Source of the DNA: Octopus bimaculoides
Lineage: Eukaryota
Assembly: GCF_001194135.2 (NCBI RefSeq)
Contig: NC_068981.1
Location: 43,127,642 to 43,181,806 of the forward strand
Reading direction: 5' to 3'
DNA: 54,165 nt
Shown here: positions 25,612-38,135 of the stretch, in pieces
Position numbering within the stretch: position 1 is the first letter of the stretch
How the letters are laid out: every line of letters starts with the position of its first letter
Translations under genes and position numbers: made by a program
The notes under the pieces: model-generated
What the model saw: the letters and a program-made list of their open reading frames with translations, nothing else
Database searches by the model: none
What the model was told of the DNA's origin: nothing

Positions 25612-25963
25612 CCATTTGAGCGTGATCATTACCAGCATCATCTTCTGGCACTTGTGCTGGTGGCATGTTAGAAAATCATTCGAGTGAGGTCGTTGCCAGT
25701 GCCGCTGGACTGGCTCCCATGCAGGTGGCATTTAAAAAACACCATTTTGAGCATGGCTGTTACCAGTACCGTGTGACTGGCCCTCGTGCTGGTGGCACGT
25801 AAAAGCACCCACTACACTCCCGGAGTGGTTGGCATGAGGAAGGGCATCCAGCTGTAGAAACTCTGCCAAATCAGATTGGAGCCTGGTGCAGCCTTCTGGC
25901 TTGCCAGTCCTCAGTCAAATCGTCCAACCCATGCTAGCATGGATAGCGGACGTTAAACGATGA
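25612..25963 (+). mobile_element. SINE family B
   Basis: Head repeats plus the canonical tail ending gttaaacgatg. Confidence 0.9.
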
Positions 25964-25964
25964 T

Positions 25965-26145
25965 ATATATTATGAAGATAGGAAAAATTATGTCTTCAAT
26001 GGCTTCAAATGGTTTAAGCAAATCAGAGTAGACAGCAACCCTTTTCTCCTTTAAGTCAACTACCAACTGCTGAGGTACCCACTTTGTAAAAACTTTGCAT
26101 TTCACAAACTTCCCCAACAACCTTCTGTAAGGCATTTTGATCATA
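25965..26145 (-). mobile_element. Mariner transposase fragment (WVP linker region)
   Basis: LGKFVKCKVFTKWVPQQL..KRVAVYSDLLKPFEA. Confidence 0.55.
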
Positions 26146-26169
26146 GTCAGTTATGCAGCAAATTCATGG

Positions 26170-26510
26170 ATTTTAACTTGTAAATGCCTTATCTCCTGTC
26201 CATTAAATAACAAGTGCATTATGAACAATATTGTTTATTCAAGCGTATTTACTACAAATCAGTTGAGATACATTTACATCCTTGTTATGACTTCAAACAT
26301 AGAATACATAATCATAATATGACATTTAGGCCAAAAGCCAAGTATGCTACTACAAAATCTAAAATAATTTGGAAATCAAAGAAGGATTTAGATGACAACA
26401 AGGCCAAATGAGCAATTGTTCAACACGTGGAATCCTTTAGTGGTTGCAATAATACGTGTTCGTTATGCATTGCAGAGATTATGATAATCATGTACAGTAA
26501 AGCCAACATT
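26170..26510 (+). mobile_element. Decayed GIY-YIG endonuclease tail of a second Penelope-like family
   Basis: TCKCLISCPLNNKCIMNNIVY..YIYI / FKHRIHNHNMTF..YATT..IIWK / WAIV..NTCSLCIAE. This is the Cys-knuckle plus C-LC--E pattern of Penelope-like endonucleases. Confidence 0.6.
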
Positions 26511-26879
26511 ATTAATAAATTTTATGAATTTATAATGAGATGTAAACATAAATTTTGCAACACCTTCCTTGGTTACAAATGCTAATTCCCATTTAACAAT
26601 ACTAGCTAATCTCACTTCATTTGTAGTTAATGATAATTTCTGAAGGAACTACACTTTCCCTAGCTAGATAACTCATTATGAGACGTAAGCACGGATTATG
26701 CCACAATCTCCTCCACTGCAAACCTTAATTTTTGTTAAAGTGTTCCTGTTACTCCCTACTTATTTGTAGCTATTGAAAATTGTGTAAGGAACTGCACCTT
26801 TTCTCTAAATCCATACTTTATCCATTTAACATCATTTAGCATAATAATGATGTTCCCTGAAAAACTTTACACCAAATTT

Positions 26880-27250
26880 TATTGACTAGTATACCAAACC
26901 CTGGATTCTACACTTCTTCCCTATGAGACCAGTGAATGGCTGAAATGATTCATCCACACAACGACTTGTCATTCAAGGAGATGAATCAATTCGTCCACTT
27001 GATAGTGATTTATGTATGCTTTTACAGTTGATGGTCTCCATTTTGTAGTTAGTCTTCAATGTTGATTTTCACTCCTTCAGCCATTTTACTCCATCTGTGC
27101 ACATTGATCTTGTGAAGGATGTCATGTTCATAAATAACATAAAGCCTTCTATGGATGTTGTACAGCCTGCACTCCTCCTTCAAGAACACAATAATGGCAC
27201 ATTACTTCTGCTTGGAACACGTTATTTGCTTGCATTGAAGTTGAACTGGA
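26880..27250 (-). mobile_element. Highly decayed mariner N-terminal (HTH) fragment
   Basis: CAIIVFL..IHRRLYVIY..NVHRWSKM..NIED..(S)GRPST with frameshifts. Confidence 0.5.
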
Positions 27251-27524
27251 AGAGAAGTTACATAGAGAAAGAGTTACATGTATGTATGTATGTATGTATG
27301 TATGTATGTATGCATGCATGTATGTATTCATGTATGCATGTATGAAAGTTATTATTCAGTTTTATTTCAAGATTTCTTGTCAATAGAGAGACTTGGTTTC
27401 TAACTTTGATCCCAAACTCCTTCATTGGAATTTCAACAACATCAGTGGGGTATTTGTGCATATATATGTATATGTCTTGTATTTGGTGTCATGTGCAGAT
27501 TTGTAGATCTTGTTTTATGCATGC

Positions 27525-27554
<30 letters not shown>

Positions 27555-27555
<1 letters not shown>

Positions 27556-28130
27556 GGTCCTTGAATGCTTTCATCATAGATGTGTTGGCCGGACTTTAAA
27601 AACTCCAGACACACAGGTCCTGAGGAAAGCTGATATCTTGAGTATTGAGGCGATGGTGCACAAGCACTGGTTATGTTGGACTGGACACATTTATTAGAAT
27701 GAAGGATAGCAGGATCCCCAAACAGATGCTATATGGGGAACTTGTTAGTGGAAAGAGACCCAGCAGAAACCAAGACTGCAATTTAAGGACTGTGTCACAT
27801 CCTCATTAAAGGACTGGGATATGCAGGACACTGACTGGGAGAGCAATGCCTGTCATCGCCACAAATGACAGAAGCTGGTTAAGGAGGTGGTCAACACCTT
27901 TGAAAGAGCACATATTCTGCATGAAGAATTTAAGTGTGATGCTTGAAAGCACACTGCTAGCGTAGTGAATGGGAAAGGCTTGGTTTGCAATGTTTGCAGT
28001 CATGTTTGCTTGTCAAGAGCAGGGCTCATTAGCCACTAATGGAGCTGCAAATGCAAAATATAAGTTAGTCCTAGAGCACACAATGTTCCTAAAGGCCAAC
28101 AATGTTCTTCCTCAGTCACGAGTGGATGGC
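27555..28130 (+). mobile_element. RTE-clade LINE 3' fragment
   Basis: VLECFHHRC..DTQVLRKADILSIEAMV..WTGHI/RMKDSRIPKQMLYGELVSGKR..FKDCV..CNVCSHVCLSRAGLISH. Confidence 0.85.
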
Positions 28131-28141
28131 CATCATGTATG

Positions 28142-28175
<34 letters not shown>

Positions 28176-29489
28176 TGTATGTATGTATATATGTCTGTAT
28201 GTTTGTATGTATTATGTATGCATGTATGTATTATGTATGTATGTTTCTATGTATGTACATATGTAACACATGTATGTATGAATAAATGAATGAATAATGA
28301 ATGAATCAGTGGGGGCGTATCAAACTGTCCAATGCATGACAGCATGGTAAATGGGACATCCAATGACAATAATGTTGATAGTGATGATATCCTTGTTGTC
28401 ATCGTTGTCATCATCGTCATCATCATTATCCTAATTTTCATGATTCGTTGAGAAGAAAAGAGAGAGTGATCTATGCTAACTCTTAAAGAATTCACATATC
28501 TATGAAACAGATTATGGAATTTTAGTTGTGTAAATACTGACAGTAATGCATATTGAAGAAGTTTCTTGATAAAGGTTATAGACATCCAACAGTATCATAT
28601 ATACTTCATGGCTGTATTTTGTATATACTCTCTCACTCTAAAAATGTATTTGTCCTGAATACATAGATATAATGTATTGTATAAGTTGTCCCAATAACTC
28701 TCAAAGTTGATACTATTTCAGATATCACTGTCAAAATATTCAGCGATTTTATTGAAAGTTGCTTCTAAATATATATCTTATCTATGAGAATGACAATAAT
28801 GTTACTGTCAAGTCTATAGTCTTAAATGTCACTCACATATCATGCGTAACTAATTTCAGCAAGACAGCTAGCAATATGAAGAAAATTGTTAGGAGACTTA
28901 CTAAAATTATTAGACAAAGGACACTTTATGCTGATAAAGTAAAACAAATGTAATTCTGTTCTTATTTATTAATTAATCAATATTTTAACCTGTTTAATTT
29001 AAGAAAATGCCAGAAATATAAAGCAATAAGCTTGCAGTAAGGAACTGGTTCCCAGAAGGTATTTCACAAATAATATAAGAAAAGCTAAGTTTTTAAATAT
29101 GTACTTAGAAAATCTTTTTTAGAGTTAATGTGAAGTTTATTTGTTTGTTGTCTGATGCTTTTGAGAGATATGTTACTTCAAAGAGTGAGATTAGAACTTG
29201 AAACTATCAAAACATAATCTACTAAATGATATAACCAATTAAAAAAAATAAGATTACGAGATTGGAAAAATTGGTTTCAATAGTTGTCTTTATTTTTCTG
29301 AATATCAAATTTTAATGATAATTAGAAAAGAGAAGAAATAGTAAGGCCCATGGTGGGAAAAGATATGGAAAATAAATAAGAGTAAAATGAGAAATATTTG
29401 AAAACAAAAGTCTTTTGAGCAATGCTGGTGGTAATAAAACATGTAGGTAAAACACGTAAGGAGATGTCAATTAATGAAAACATAGACAC

Positions 29490-29645
29490 AAGCATGACTG
29501 TGTGATTAAGAAGTTTGTATCCCAACCACATAGTTTCAGGTTCAGTCTCACAACGTGGAACCTTGGGTAAATGTCTTCTACTCTAGTCCTGGGTCAACCA
29601 AAGCCTTGTGAGTGAATTTAGAAGAATGAAACTGAAAGAAGCCCA
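29490..29645 (+). mobile_element. SINE family A head fragment
   Basis: catgactgtgtgattaagaag..accttgggtaaatgtcttctactctag..aaagccttgtgagtg..aaactgaaagaagccc. Confidence 0.75.
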
Positions 29646-29659
29646 GGCTTGGTACATTT

Positions 29660-29960
29660 TATCAACTCCCACAATGGAACATTATTACTCTTCCATCTAT
29701 GATAGTGCTGCTACTCCACACACAGAATCCTACACAGGATCCAGAAAAGGCTACCCAATTAACTGGCACACTGGCACTCACATACACACTCCAGCCTAGG
29801 ACCACATCTCTTCATGTTTTATCTATCATTACTATAATGACCTCTGCTTCTTTTAGCTGTCTGAATTCATGCCATGTCAAACCTATCTACTCAGGCTCTG
29901 CACTGACCAGCACACCCAATCCTTCTTTAACCTGTGGAATCTCCTTTCTACCCTCATATC
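29660..29960 (+). mobile_element. Decayed CR1/Jockey-group LINE RT C-terminal fragment
   Basis: LHRIQK(R)ATQL..LTYTLQP..SSCFIYHYYNDLC with frameshifts. Confidence 0.45.
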
Positions 29961-30989
29961 TTTCCGACATGGTTTGACTTGCAGTGGTTTAAGCGGAATA
30001 TTAATACCATCAATCTCACTGGTCTCACAGGACATGTAAAAGGCCATGAGTAATGTCACTTGCCCCTGACCCAGCAAATAAAAAGAAACTACAACCAAAT
30101 CCATTTTGTCTGTCATTGCTGTAGTCACCACAAGAACCTACATTCGTACATAAACAAACTATAGAGAGATTATTCTACTAAAACTACTTATTGTACATCA
30201 CTTGTTAGAGGGAACAGTGAGGTCTTTAACATGACAGAGATGTGAAATATCTGCAGCATTAAGTCTTTTGATCAATGTGGTCACTTGATCTGCTCAACAT
30301 AAAAGCCAAATCTCTTTTAAATCACGCCTTGAGATTTAAAAGAGATTTGACTTCTTCTATGTTGAAGGAGAATTTAGATAATATAGTCTCACATAGCCCT
30401 AAAATGATACTATTCTAACCATCAAAATATCTGTGAGCAATGGTCTGCTCAGTTAGAACTGATATGTGTGTAAACAACAATGATCACAAGAATAAAAGCA
30501 AACTACAGGCCTTAGGTCTAGTTGATCAGGACTGACCAGATTCACATAAACAAGGAAAACAACTTATTGAAGATCTATTTTTGTCTAGATGGTATTTTAA
30601 TTTCAATTTCCATATTTGAAAATCTTTGGGCTGCTTGTTTATAATTGAGACAGAGTTAATTTTATATTTATTTCTTGGTTTCATTCAATTTTAGATCTGC
30701 TGCTTCATAGACGATAATATTCCTTTGATTTTATGTATCATCTCTAAAACTGTGATTTGCTATTACTCAATACACCTGAAGAATAATGAAAGTCAAGTAA
30801 ACTTGAAAAGACGTGAAATCTCAGACTTCTAGCCATGATTAATGAGATGCTATTTACATAAGTAATTTAAGAAGCAATGCAATAAACTTGCAAAGCCAGA
30901 AGCATTCTCACACACGATATATGTACGTATATACATATATAGAGTGAATACACAACATATATATATGTATATATGTGTGCGTACACATG

Positions 30990-31025
<36 letters not shown>

Positions 31026-31236
31026 CACACACACATATACACACATCACCGTAATCACCACCATCATACATTTTATACGTATTTTTGTGAGTTTTTAATA
31101 ATATTTTCAAATATTTATATGTTGTGCCTCTAGAGAAGAGTAATTTCTGAAAATCTTTAACACAAGAACTTGCTGAAGAGTTGCAGATATATTTTAAATG
31201 TACACACACGCACACACACACACACACACATGTATA

Positions 31237-31590
31237 TCATCATCATCATCATCATCATCATCATCGTTTAATGTCTGCTTTCCATGCTAGCATGGGTTGG
31301 ACGCTTTGACTGAGGCTGGTGAAACCAGATGGCTACACCAGGCTCCAATCTGATTTGGCAGAGGTTCTACAGCTGGATGCCCTTCCTAACGCCAACCACT
31401 CCGAGAGTGTAGTGGGTACTTTTAAGTGCCACCAGCACGAAGGCCAGTCAGGCGGTACTGGCAATGGCCACACTCAAAATGGTGTATTTTACGGGCCACC
31501 TGCACAGGAGCCAGTCCAGGGGCACTGGCAATGATATCGCTCGAATGTCTTTACACGTGCCAGGAAGGCGACGCTGGCCACAGGTGCCAC
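31237..31590 (-). mobile_element. SINE family B
   Basis: (CAT)n-cgtttaatgtctgctttccatgctagcatggg.. followed by the head repeats. Confidence 0.88.
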
Positions 31591-32894
31591 ATAATCATAC
31601 ATGGTTTTAATCTATTTTAATATGGGTTACCAGCCATATAGTAAACTTTAAGCAAAATTTTTAGTGCAGGATGTGAGAGCATAAATTCTGTTAGTGTTTA
31701 GATCTAAAATGCAAATTGATATAATTTATTTAAAAACGGTTTTATATCATATGTAGTGCATCATTAAGTTCTTGGTAGATGAGTCTGTGACCATTCGATT
31801 CCTATTGTGTAATTCAGTCAGAAAAGTAGTGGCATCCATTGTCTTAGCAGGATCTTACAGACCGATGAAGTCAATGTGACTCTATTGAAGGATATTCCAC
31901 AATGAAAGGTCATACATCTGACCTTTTTACATTAATTTATTTCCACTATAAAGGCAGTGCATTAGCATGGCTGACAAATTAAACAAATGTTATAACAATG
32001 AAGATAGTTAAAACATTTGTTGAAGCTACATTACTGTTAATATTCCAGGCCTTTAACAGTTGATAGGCTTTTGGAGTAAAAACAGTCTTTTTTTATCCCA
32101 GCAATTTGAAGTCATTGCAAATGAGGAATCAGTTGTCTTCCTGACCAAAATCATTTAGTGTGGAATAAATAGTTATATTTTCAAATATGTCAGACAGTTA
32201 GTTTTGGTGGGGAAGTTTACCATAGAAGCTGTGTAAAATTATCAGATAGATTATCTTTAATTGAAAATAAAAATAATGATGTCAAATGATTTAAATTTCT
32301 AAGAATCTCAAAATATAAGAAAAAAAATCACTTTAGTAAAGTCACTAAAAATATAACGAGGGATAATTAATTCTAAAAATTTAGTGAATTTGAGGAAATA
32401 AACTACAGAAAATAGAAAAATAAAGAGAGAACATTTTTATACAAAATGAAAGCAATAATAACAGCAGTTCATTTCTTATGAGAACAGAGAATATATTTTG
32501 GCAAGCTGGCAGAAATATTGTTTGACATTAATCATCAGAGCAAGGGAGATGACTGTAAATGTTGAATAATTTAAGAAAGTACTAATTTTAAGTGTAAATC
32601 TGGAAGAAGAAAAAAATGCCTTATAATAATCATTATTCAGAGAAATTTAAAACATAAGTCAAACAGATTATTCAACAATTCTTTGAGGGTATATTTTAAT
32701 ATTTTAACAAGACAGTTACATGTTCAATAAAATTTGAACACAATATTAAACGTTTTCAGTAATGTTTTAGGCTTCACTAAATGTAGAGATGAGGCGTAAG
32801 TAAAAATTAAGATAATTCTGATGTACAGTGTCTTTGTATGTATATATATATATACATATATATGTATGTGTGGCTGCTATTGGTGTTGCATAAC

Positions 32895-33255
32895 TAGCAC
32901 CTGTGCCAGTGGCATGTAAAATGCACATTTCAAGCGTTGAGCCTCATGGAGGCAATGACAAATGACAGGGACCTTTTACAATACGCTGTGTTTTGAGTAG
33001 AAGACCCATCAAGCCAAGTAAAATTGTAGACGTGGAAGATACTGGCATCACACAATTGGCACCCTTGCCATTGGCAAGTAAAAGCAGCCATTACCCTCTT
33101 GGAGTGGGTGGTGTTACCAAGGGCATCGAGCCGTAGAAACCATGCCAAATCAGACCAGAGTTTGATACAACCCCTCAATTTACCAGCACTGGTCAAACTG
33201 TTTAACTATGCCAGCATTGACAACAGACGTTAAATGATGATGATGATGATGATGA

Positions 33256-33258
<3 letters not shown>
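32895..33258 (+). mobile_element. Older SINE family B variant
   Basis: gtggcatgtaaaatgcac..aagggcatcgagccgtagaaaccatgcc..agacgttaaatgatgatg. Confidence 0.7.
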
Positions 33259-33302
<44 letters not shown>

Positions 33303-33424
33303 CACACACATACATATGTATATAAACTTAGATACTCAGAAAGGGCTTGGCCAGAATTGACCCTGGCTGTGCCCAACTTAATAGCACCACCTGGAAATGA
33401 CATTTAACAATGTTTCATATCACA

Positions 33425-33650
33425 GTCAGTCTTTGGGCACCATAACCCATTCAAGTAAAGAGTTATTGTTTGTAGAAATATATTTGGGTGTAGGAGGTTT
33501 ATCTGGAATTTGTTGGAAATACAAGTCCACGAAACATTTGAATGTTACAAGATCTTTTTCTTCTCTCATATGTCTTGGCATGACATTAAAGAGAGTAGGG
33601 CCAGTTGAGGTGAAATATTTCTGTTTTAGTGTTTTGAAATGATGTAAGCA
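33425..33650 (-). mobile_element. CR1-like LINE ORF2 C-terminus
   Basis: FTSTGPTLFNVMPRHMREEKDLVTFK..QQIPDKPPTPKYISTNNNSLLEW. Confidence 0.6.
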
Positions 33651-34484
33651 TCATTTTCATAGAGGACAAATAGCACGGGAACCAAGCCTTGGGTGAATTC
33701 TTAAGTTGATGCCACCAGGACAACAGGTAATATCATACAAATGATATAGTGGTCACGACAGTGTTTCGAAGGACTAAATTTTGAGTTTCTTGAGATGATT
33801 CCATGTCCTGTCGACTACATCTATGTAAACAATGTGATCAAAGATAGGAAGATAGGTAATAGGTGTATATGCATATTTCAGGAGATTTTGCTCTCTCCTC
33901 AGCACCATATCCATGAATACATTGCTTAAATGACTATCAAATATTGTAGTGTAACACAACAGGATATACCAATTGCATTTCTGGCAATTGGTACATATAT
34001 ATATTAATTGCCGGTAGGGATACCGTATTTCATTATGAAATCATTATATACTGTTTGGTATATTAAAGGCTTATAAACTAATACTGTGCCCCACCTGTGT
34101 TCGCAGTGTGATTAAATCACTTTTTTTAGAAATCATTGCCAGTACTGAAAGTTATATTTTGTATACAAATACATCTACATAATCAATGTGATTGAAGAAA
34201 AATAGGTAATGGGTGTATAGGTAATGGGTGTATAGGTAATGGGCGTATAGGTAATGGGTGCATATGTATATTTCAGGGGACCTTGCTCCTTCTTCTGCAC
34301 TGCATTTACAAAACCATTTACAAAAACATTGCTTAAATAGCCACTGAATATAGCGGTGTAACATTATTGGATATACAAATTTTACGTAATAAACACATTC
34401 CTGGCAACTGGTAAATGTGGCTGGTACACATTAATTGCTGGTGTTTGGGCTAAATTTGTATATATATATATATATATATATATA

Positions 34485-37204
34485 CAAAGTGTAACAGGTA
34501 AATTGGGACAAATTGACAAATTTCAAATGGGTATATTTCTAATTGTATAGGTTTTGTTGGTGTCTGAATTTTAAATATAGGTTTTTGCAGTCATTTTGTA
34601 TGTTTGTCATTCAATTTGATAATCAGGTTATTCAAAGTCACGATAAAAATTAGCGACATGAAGTTAGTCATTCAAATTCGTTTTGTGATCATTCAATTTC
34701 ACACTTTGGTCAGAGAATTTAGCATTTACATCATTCAAATTAAAATGCCTGTCAAGAGCATTCAAATTAGTTAGAATGCAAGGAAGCATCTTTCCGAGCA
34801 TTCAAATTCATTTTGGAGCAATCTATTTAACACTTTGAGCAATCAAATTAGCACAATAGCTGTTTTGGTTTTTATCTCATGATCATTGTTATCATAATCA
34901 TGTGTTTTTATCCATTGTTTATGCTTTCAGCTCTCTATCATGCCCATATCTTGTCTATGTATTCTTTTATTTTTACATATGTACATGTATTTATTGCTAA
35001 AGACTTCATGAAATTGCATTTCAGCCTTTATGATTTTTTTAAGGAAGCAATTACAACAAATGCTCATTTGCTTTCATTTTGAATATATTATGCTGTGATA
35101 TTTGTTCTTCCTTTGCATAATATGTCTTGTTGAGAAAAGTATATATTTCTTTAATTTTGCATTTTTTCTTTCATCAGGAAAAGGGTGATGTGTACACTTA
35201 AGATAATTATTGATTTACAGTCTTGATAATGAGAGTTCATTTGAGAGGACTTAACCATCTATTTCCTGGCAGTCGAGGCATCTCAGTAGGTAGGACTGGG
35301 TGTGTCTATACCAATGAACACAATTTTCCGGAATGATAGCATCGATGTTACACCTTATGACTTGTTGTATGACATGTGCTTTCCATTCTTTCATGGTCAT
35401 GCCGGCTTCTTCTGCAGCTGCCCAGTCGCCAACCCTTTGCTACAGTACTCCTTTTAATACCTAGTGAGTCTGCCAGTTACAGGTAATCAGTTTGCGGCCC
35501 CTTGAAGGCATCAACCAGCCTCGCCCTATCTTCATCTGATATACACATGTACCTTACATGTGGCTCGATCATTACAAGATGTTGTAGGAGAAAGGGACAT
35601 AAAATGCAACTGATTCCAACCAGTTATGAATGTTGCAATGAAAATTACTTTCATGGGCAGAGGAACCACGTAATTTATTTCTTCCTTGTAGCTATAGCAA
35701 CAATAAAATTTGCATAACAAAACATGTCATTTAAATTTGTCATTTTTAGCGTTCACTTAGAATTTGAGTTAAAACACACATGTGAAATTAGTGCTAAATT
35801 GAATAAACTTATTCCAAGCTTAAATGCTCGTGTGTGAATTTGAATGCTCAAAAGGACACTTTCTCACATTCTGACTAATTCGAAAGCTCTTGACAGGCAT
35901 TTTAATTTGAATGATGTAAATGCTAAATTCTTTGACCAAAGTGCAAAATTGAATGATCGAAAAACAAATTTGAATGACTAAATTTATAGCGCTAATTTTT
36001 TTGTGACTTTGTATGACCTGATTATTAAATTGAATAACAAACGTATGGAAATGATTGAAAAACCCTATATTACCAGCTTGAATAATCACTTGTACTATTT
36101 TGTAATTCAGATTGAACAAACTATGAATGTTAATAAAGAAATAAACTGTAGAAGTGTAATTGCCAAATTATTCTGTACCGACAAAAGTGCTGGGGAGATT
36201 GTTGAAGCCACAACGTATGCCAAATCTACTGTCTTAAAGTTGTAGCCAATTTGAAGAAAAGTCAGGATGTTTGGAGAAAGCCTCACAGTCCCCGTAGTGA
36301 CTGAAAATGCGCACCTTGTGTCTTAGCAGGACTTGAAAGATTGATTGAGTCAAACCCATCAAAAGTTTGCTCAAGTTTGAGGAATCAGTAAAATGACCGT
36401 TTCTAGGGTTCCATACCAAATTGTACATGAGAAGACGCCATAATACCCTAACTATTCCCTCCAAAGCCATTTGAACTGAAAGAAGTAACAAACTTCTTAG
36501 TCATCTGAAACATTGTGGCAGAGATGTCAGCATCTTTGCAGATGAAAAGATGTTCAGAATAGACAAAGTTGCAAACTGTCAAAACTCACAAGTGATTGCA
36601 TATGACCCTTCCCAAGTTCCTTCAGCTATGCATAACAAGAATCCAGCTTCCATTATGGTCTTTGGAGTTGTTGCTAGTGATGGGAAATTGATGCCTCCAC
36701 ATTTTATTGAAGCGGTTCTTAAAATCAACACAGCAGTGTATCTCAAAATCTTAGAAAAAGTTTTGTTAGAAAGCATTATGATGCAAGTCCAGCCCATTCT
36801 TCGAAAAGAGGGCAAGAATTTTTGAAGAAGGCATTGCCCATGTTTGTCCCTAAAGATATCTGGCCCTTTAGCTCATGAGATTTAAATCCGTGTGAGTTTT
36901 GGCTATGGGGTCCAAGCAGTATCTAACGCAATTTCTCACAACTGTGTGTCTTTACTGAAGCCCTCAATAAAGTGAGCATTCAGTAAAATGAAAAAGGAAG
37001 AAATGATTAAGGCATGTGCATCATTTCGTAAATGGATTGAACTGGTAAAGAAAGCAAATGACAGTCACGTTGAACTGAAATAGGTGCTAAACACTCCACA
37101 ATAAATTGGCATATATATAAAACTTGCAGTATTTGATTTTTCTGAGTTATACCAATTATATTAAAGATATTTATAAATAGTCCCAATTTACATGTTACAC
37201 TCTG
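34485..37204 (+). mobile_element. Decayed maT/DD37D-like Tc1-mariner element, interrupted by a nested element
   Basis: 25-bp TIRs at 34485-34509 and 37180-37204 (23/25 identical). Transposase relic FADEKMFRIDK..KNPASIMVFGVVASDGK..YDASPAH-x-DIWPFSS*DLNPCE, with 37 residues between D and the third acidic residue (E in this copy). Confidence 0.85.
34578..36067 (-). mobile_element. Nested long-TIR DNA transposon with internally deleted IS630/Tc1-like transposase
   Basis: Inverted repeats of at least 230 bp, rich in cattcaaatt subrepeats, with TA on each flank. The interior minus strand gives ISDEDRARLVDAF..DYL*LADSLGIKRST joined to ..NIDAIIPENCVHWYRHTQSYLLRCLDCQEIDG*. Confidence 0.7.
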
Positions 37205-37217
37205 TGTATACAATCCA

Positions 37218-37252
<35 letters not shown>

Positions 37253-37253
<1 letters not shown>

Positions 37254-37752
37254 GATGCACCCAGTGTAAGCTTTGGATACATAAAAGGTATAGAAACATC
37301 AGAGGAAGGTTAACAGGGAAACTAACTTTTGTATGTGGAAGGTGCACAGGTACAATAAATGCTGAAAATGTGCAGAAAATAGACTCCATTACCTGTCAAG
37401 GGGGAAAACTAGAGGTTGTAGATAGCTTCTGTTATCTAGGTGACTAAATTAGTAGTGGAGGTGGATGCTCCAAGAGCATAGCTGTGAGAATAAGATTAGG
37501 CTGGGCAAAGTTCAGAGAGCTCTTACATCTGCTGGCAACAAAGGGCCTTTCTCTCAGAGTGAAAGGCAGATTGTTTGATATCTGTGTGTGAACAGCTATG
37601 CTGCATGGCTATAAAACATGGGCTATGACAACCGAGGACATGCATAGGCTTGAAAGAAATGAAGCCAGTATGATTCACTAGATGTGCAATGTCAGTGTGC
37701 ATATTTGACAGTGTGTAAGCATCTTGAGAGAAAAGTTAGGCATAAGAGGACT
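37253..37752 (+). mobile_element. RTE-clade LINE fragment including the Cys/His-rich insert of the RT region
   Basis: CTQCKLWIHKR..FVCGRC..LEVVDSFCYLGD..RIRLGWAKFREL..LRVKGRLF..AMLHG..LERNEASM. Confidence 0.85.
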
Positions 37753-37839
37753 GCTACATTACATAAAAGGATAGCATGGTCAGGTCTTGAATAACCTTTG
37801 GACAGTGATCTGTTTAACTTATAACTGACCGGTGACAAA

Positions 37840-37928
37840 TGTATAACTATTACAGCTTCTACTATTGCTGCTACTATTACTGTTGCTGCTACTACTACTA
37901 CTACTACTACTACTACTGCTACTACTAT

Positions 37929-37959
<31 letters not shown>

Positions 37960-38007
37960 GCTACTGCTGCTGCTGCTACTGCTGTTACTACTACTGCTGC
38001 TGTTACT

Positions 38008-38055
<48 letters not shown>

Positions 38056-38135
38056 GTATGTATGTATGCATGCATGCATGCATGCATGCATGTATGTATG
38101 TATGTATGTATGTATGTATGTATGTTCGTATGTTT
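37840..38135. repeat. Compound (TAC/TGC)n plus (ATGT/ATGC)n microsatellite
   Basis: Direct reading. Confidence 0.95.
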
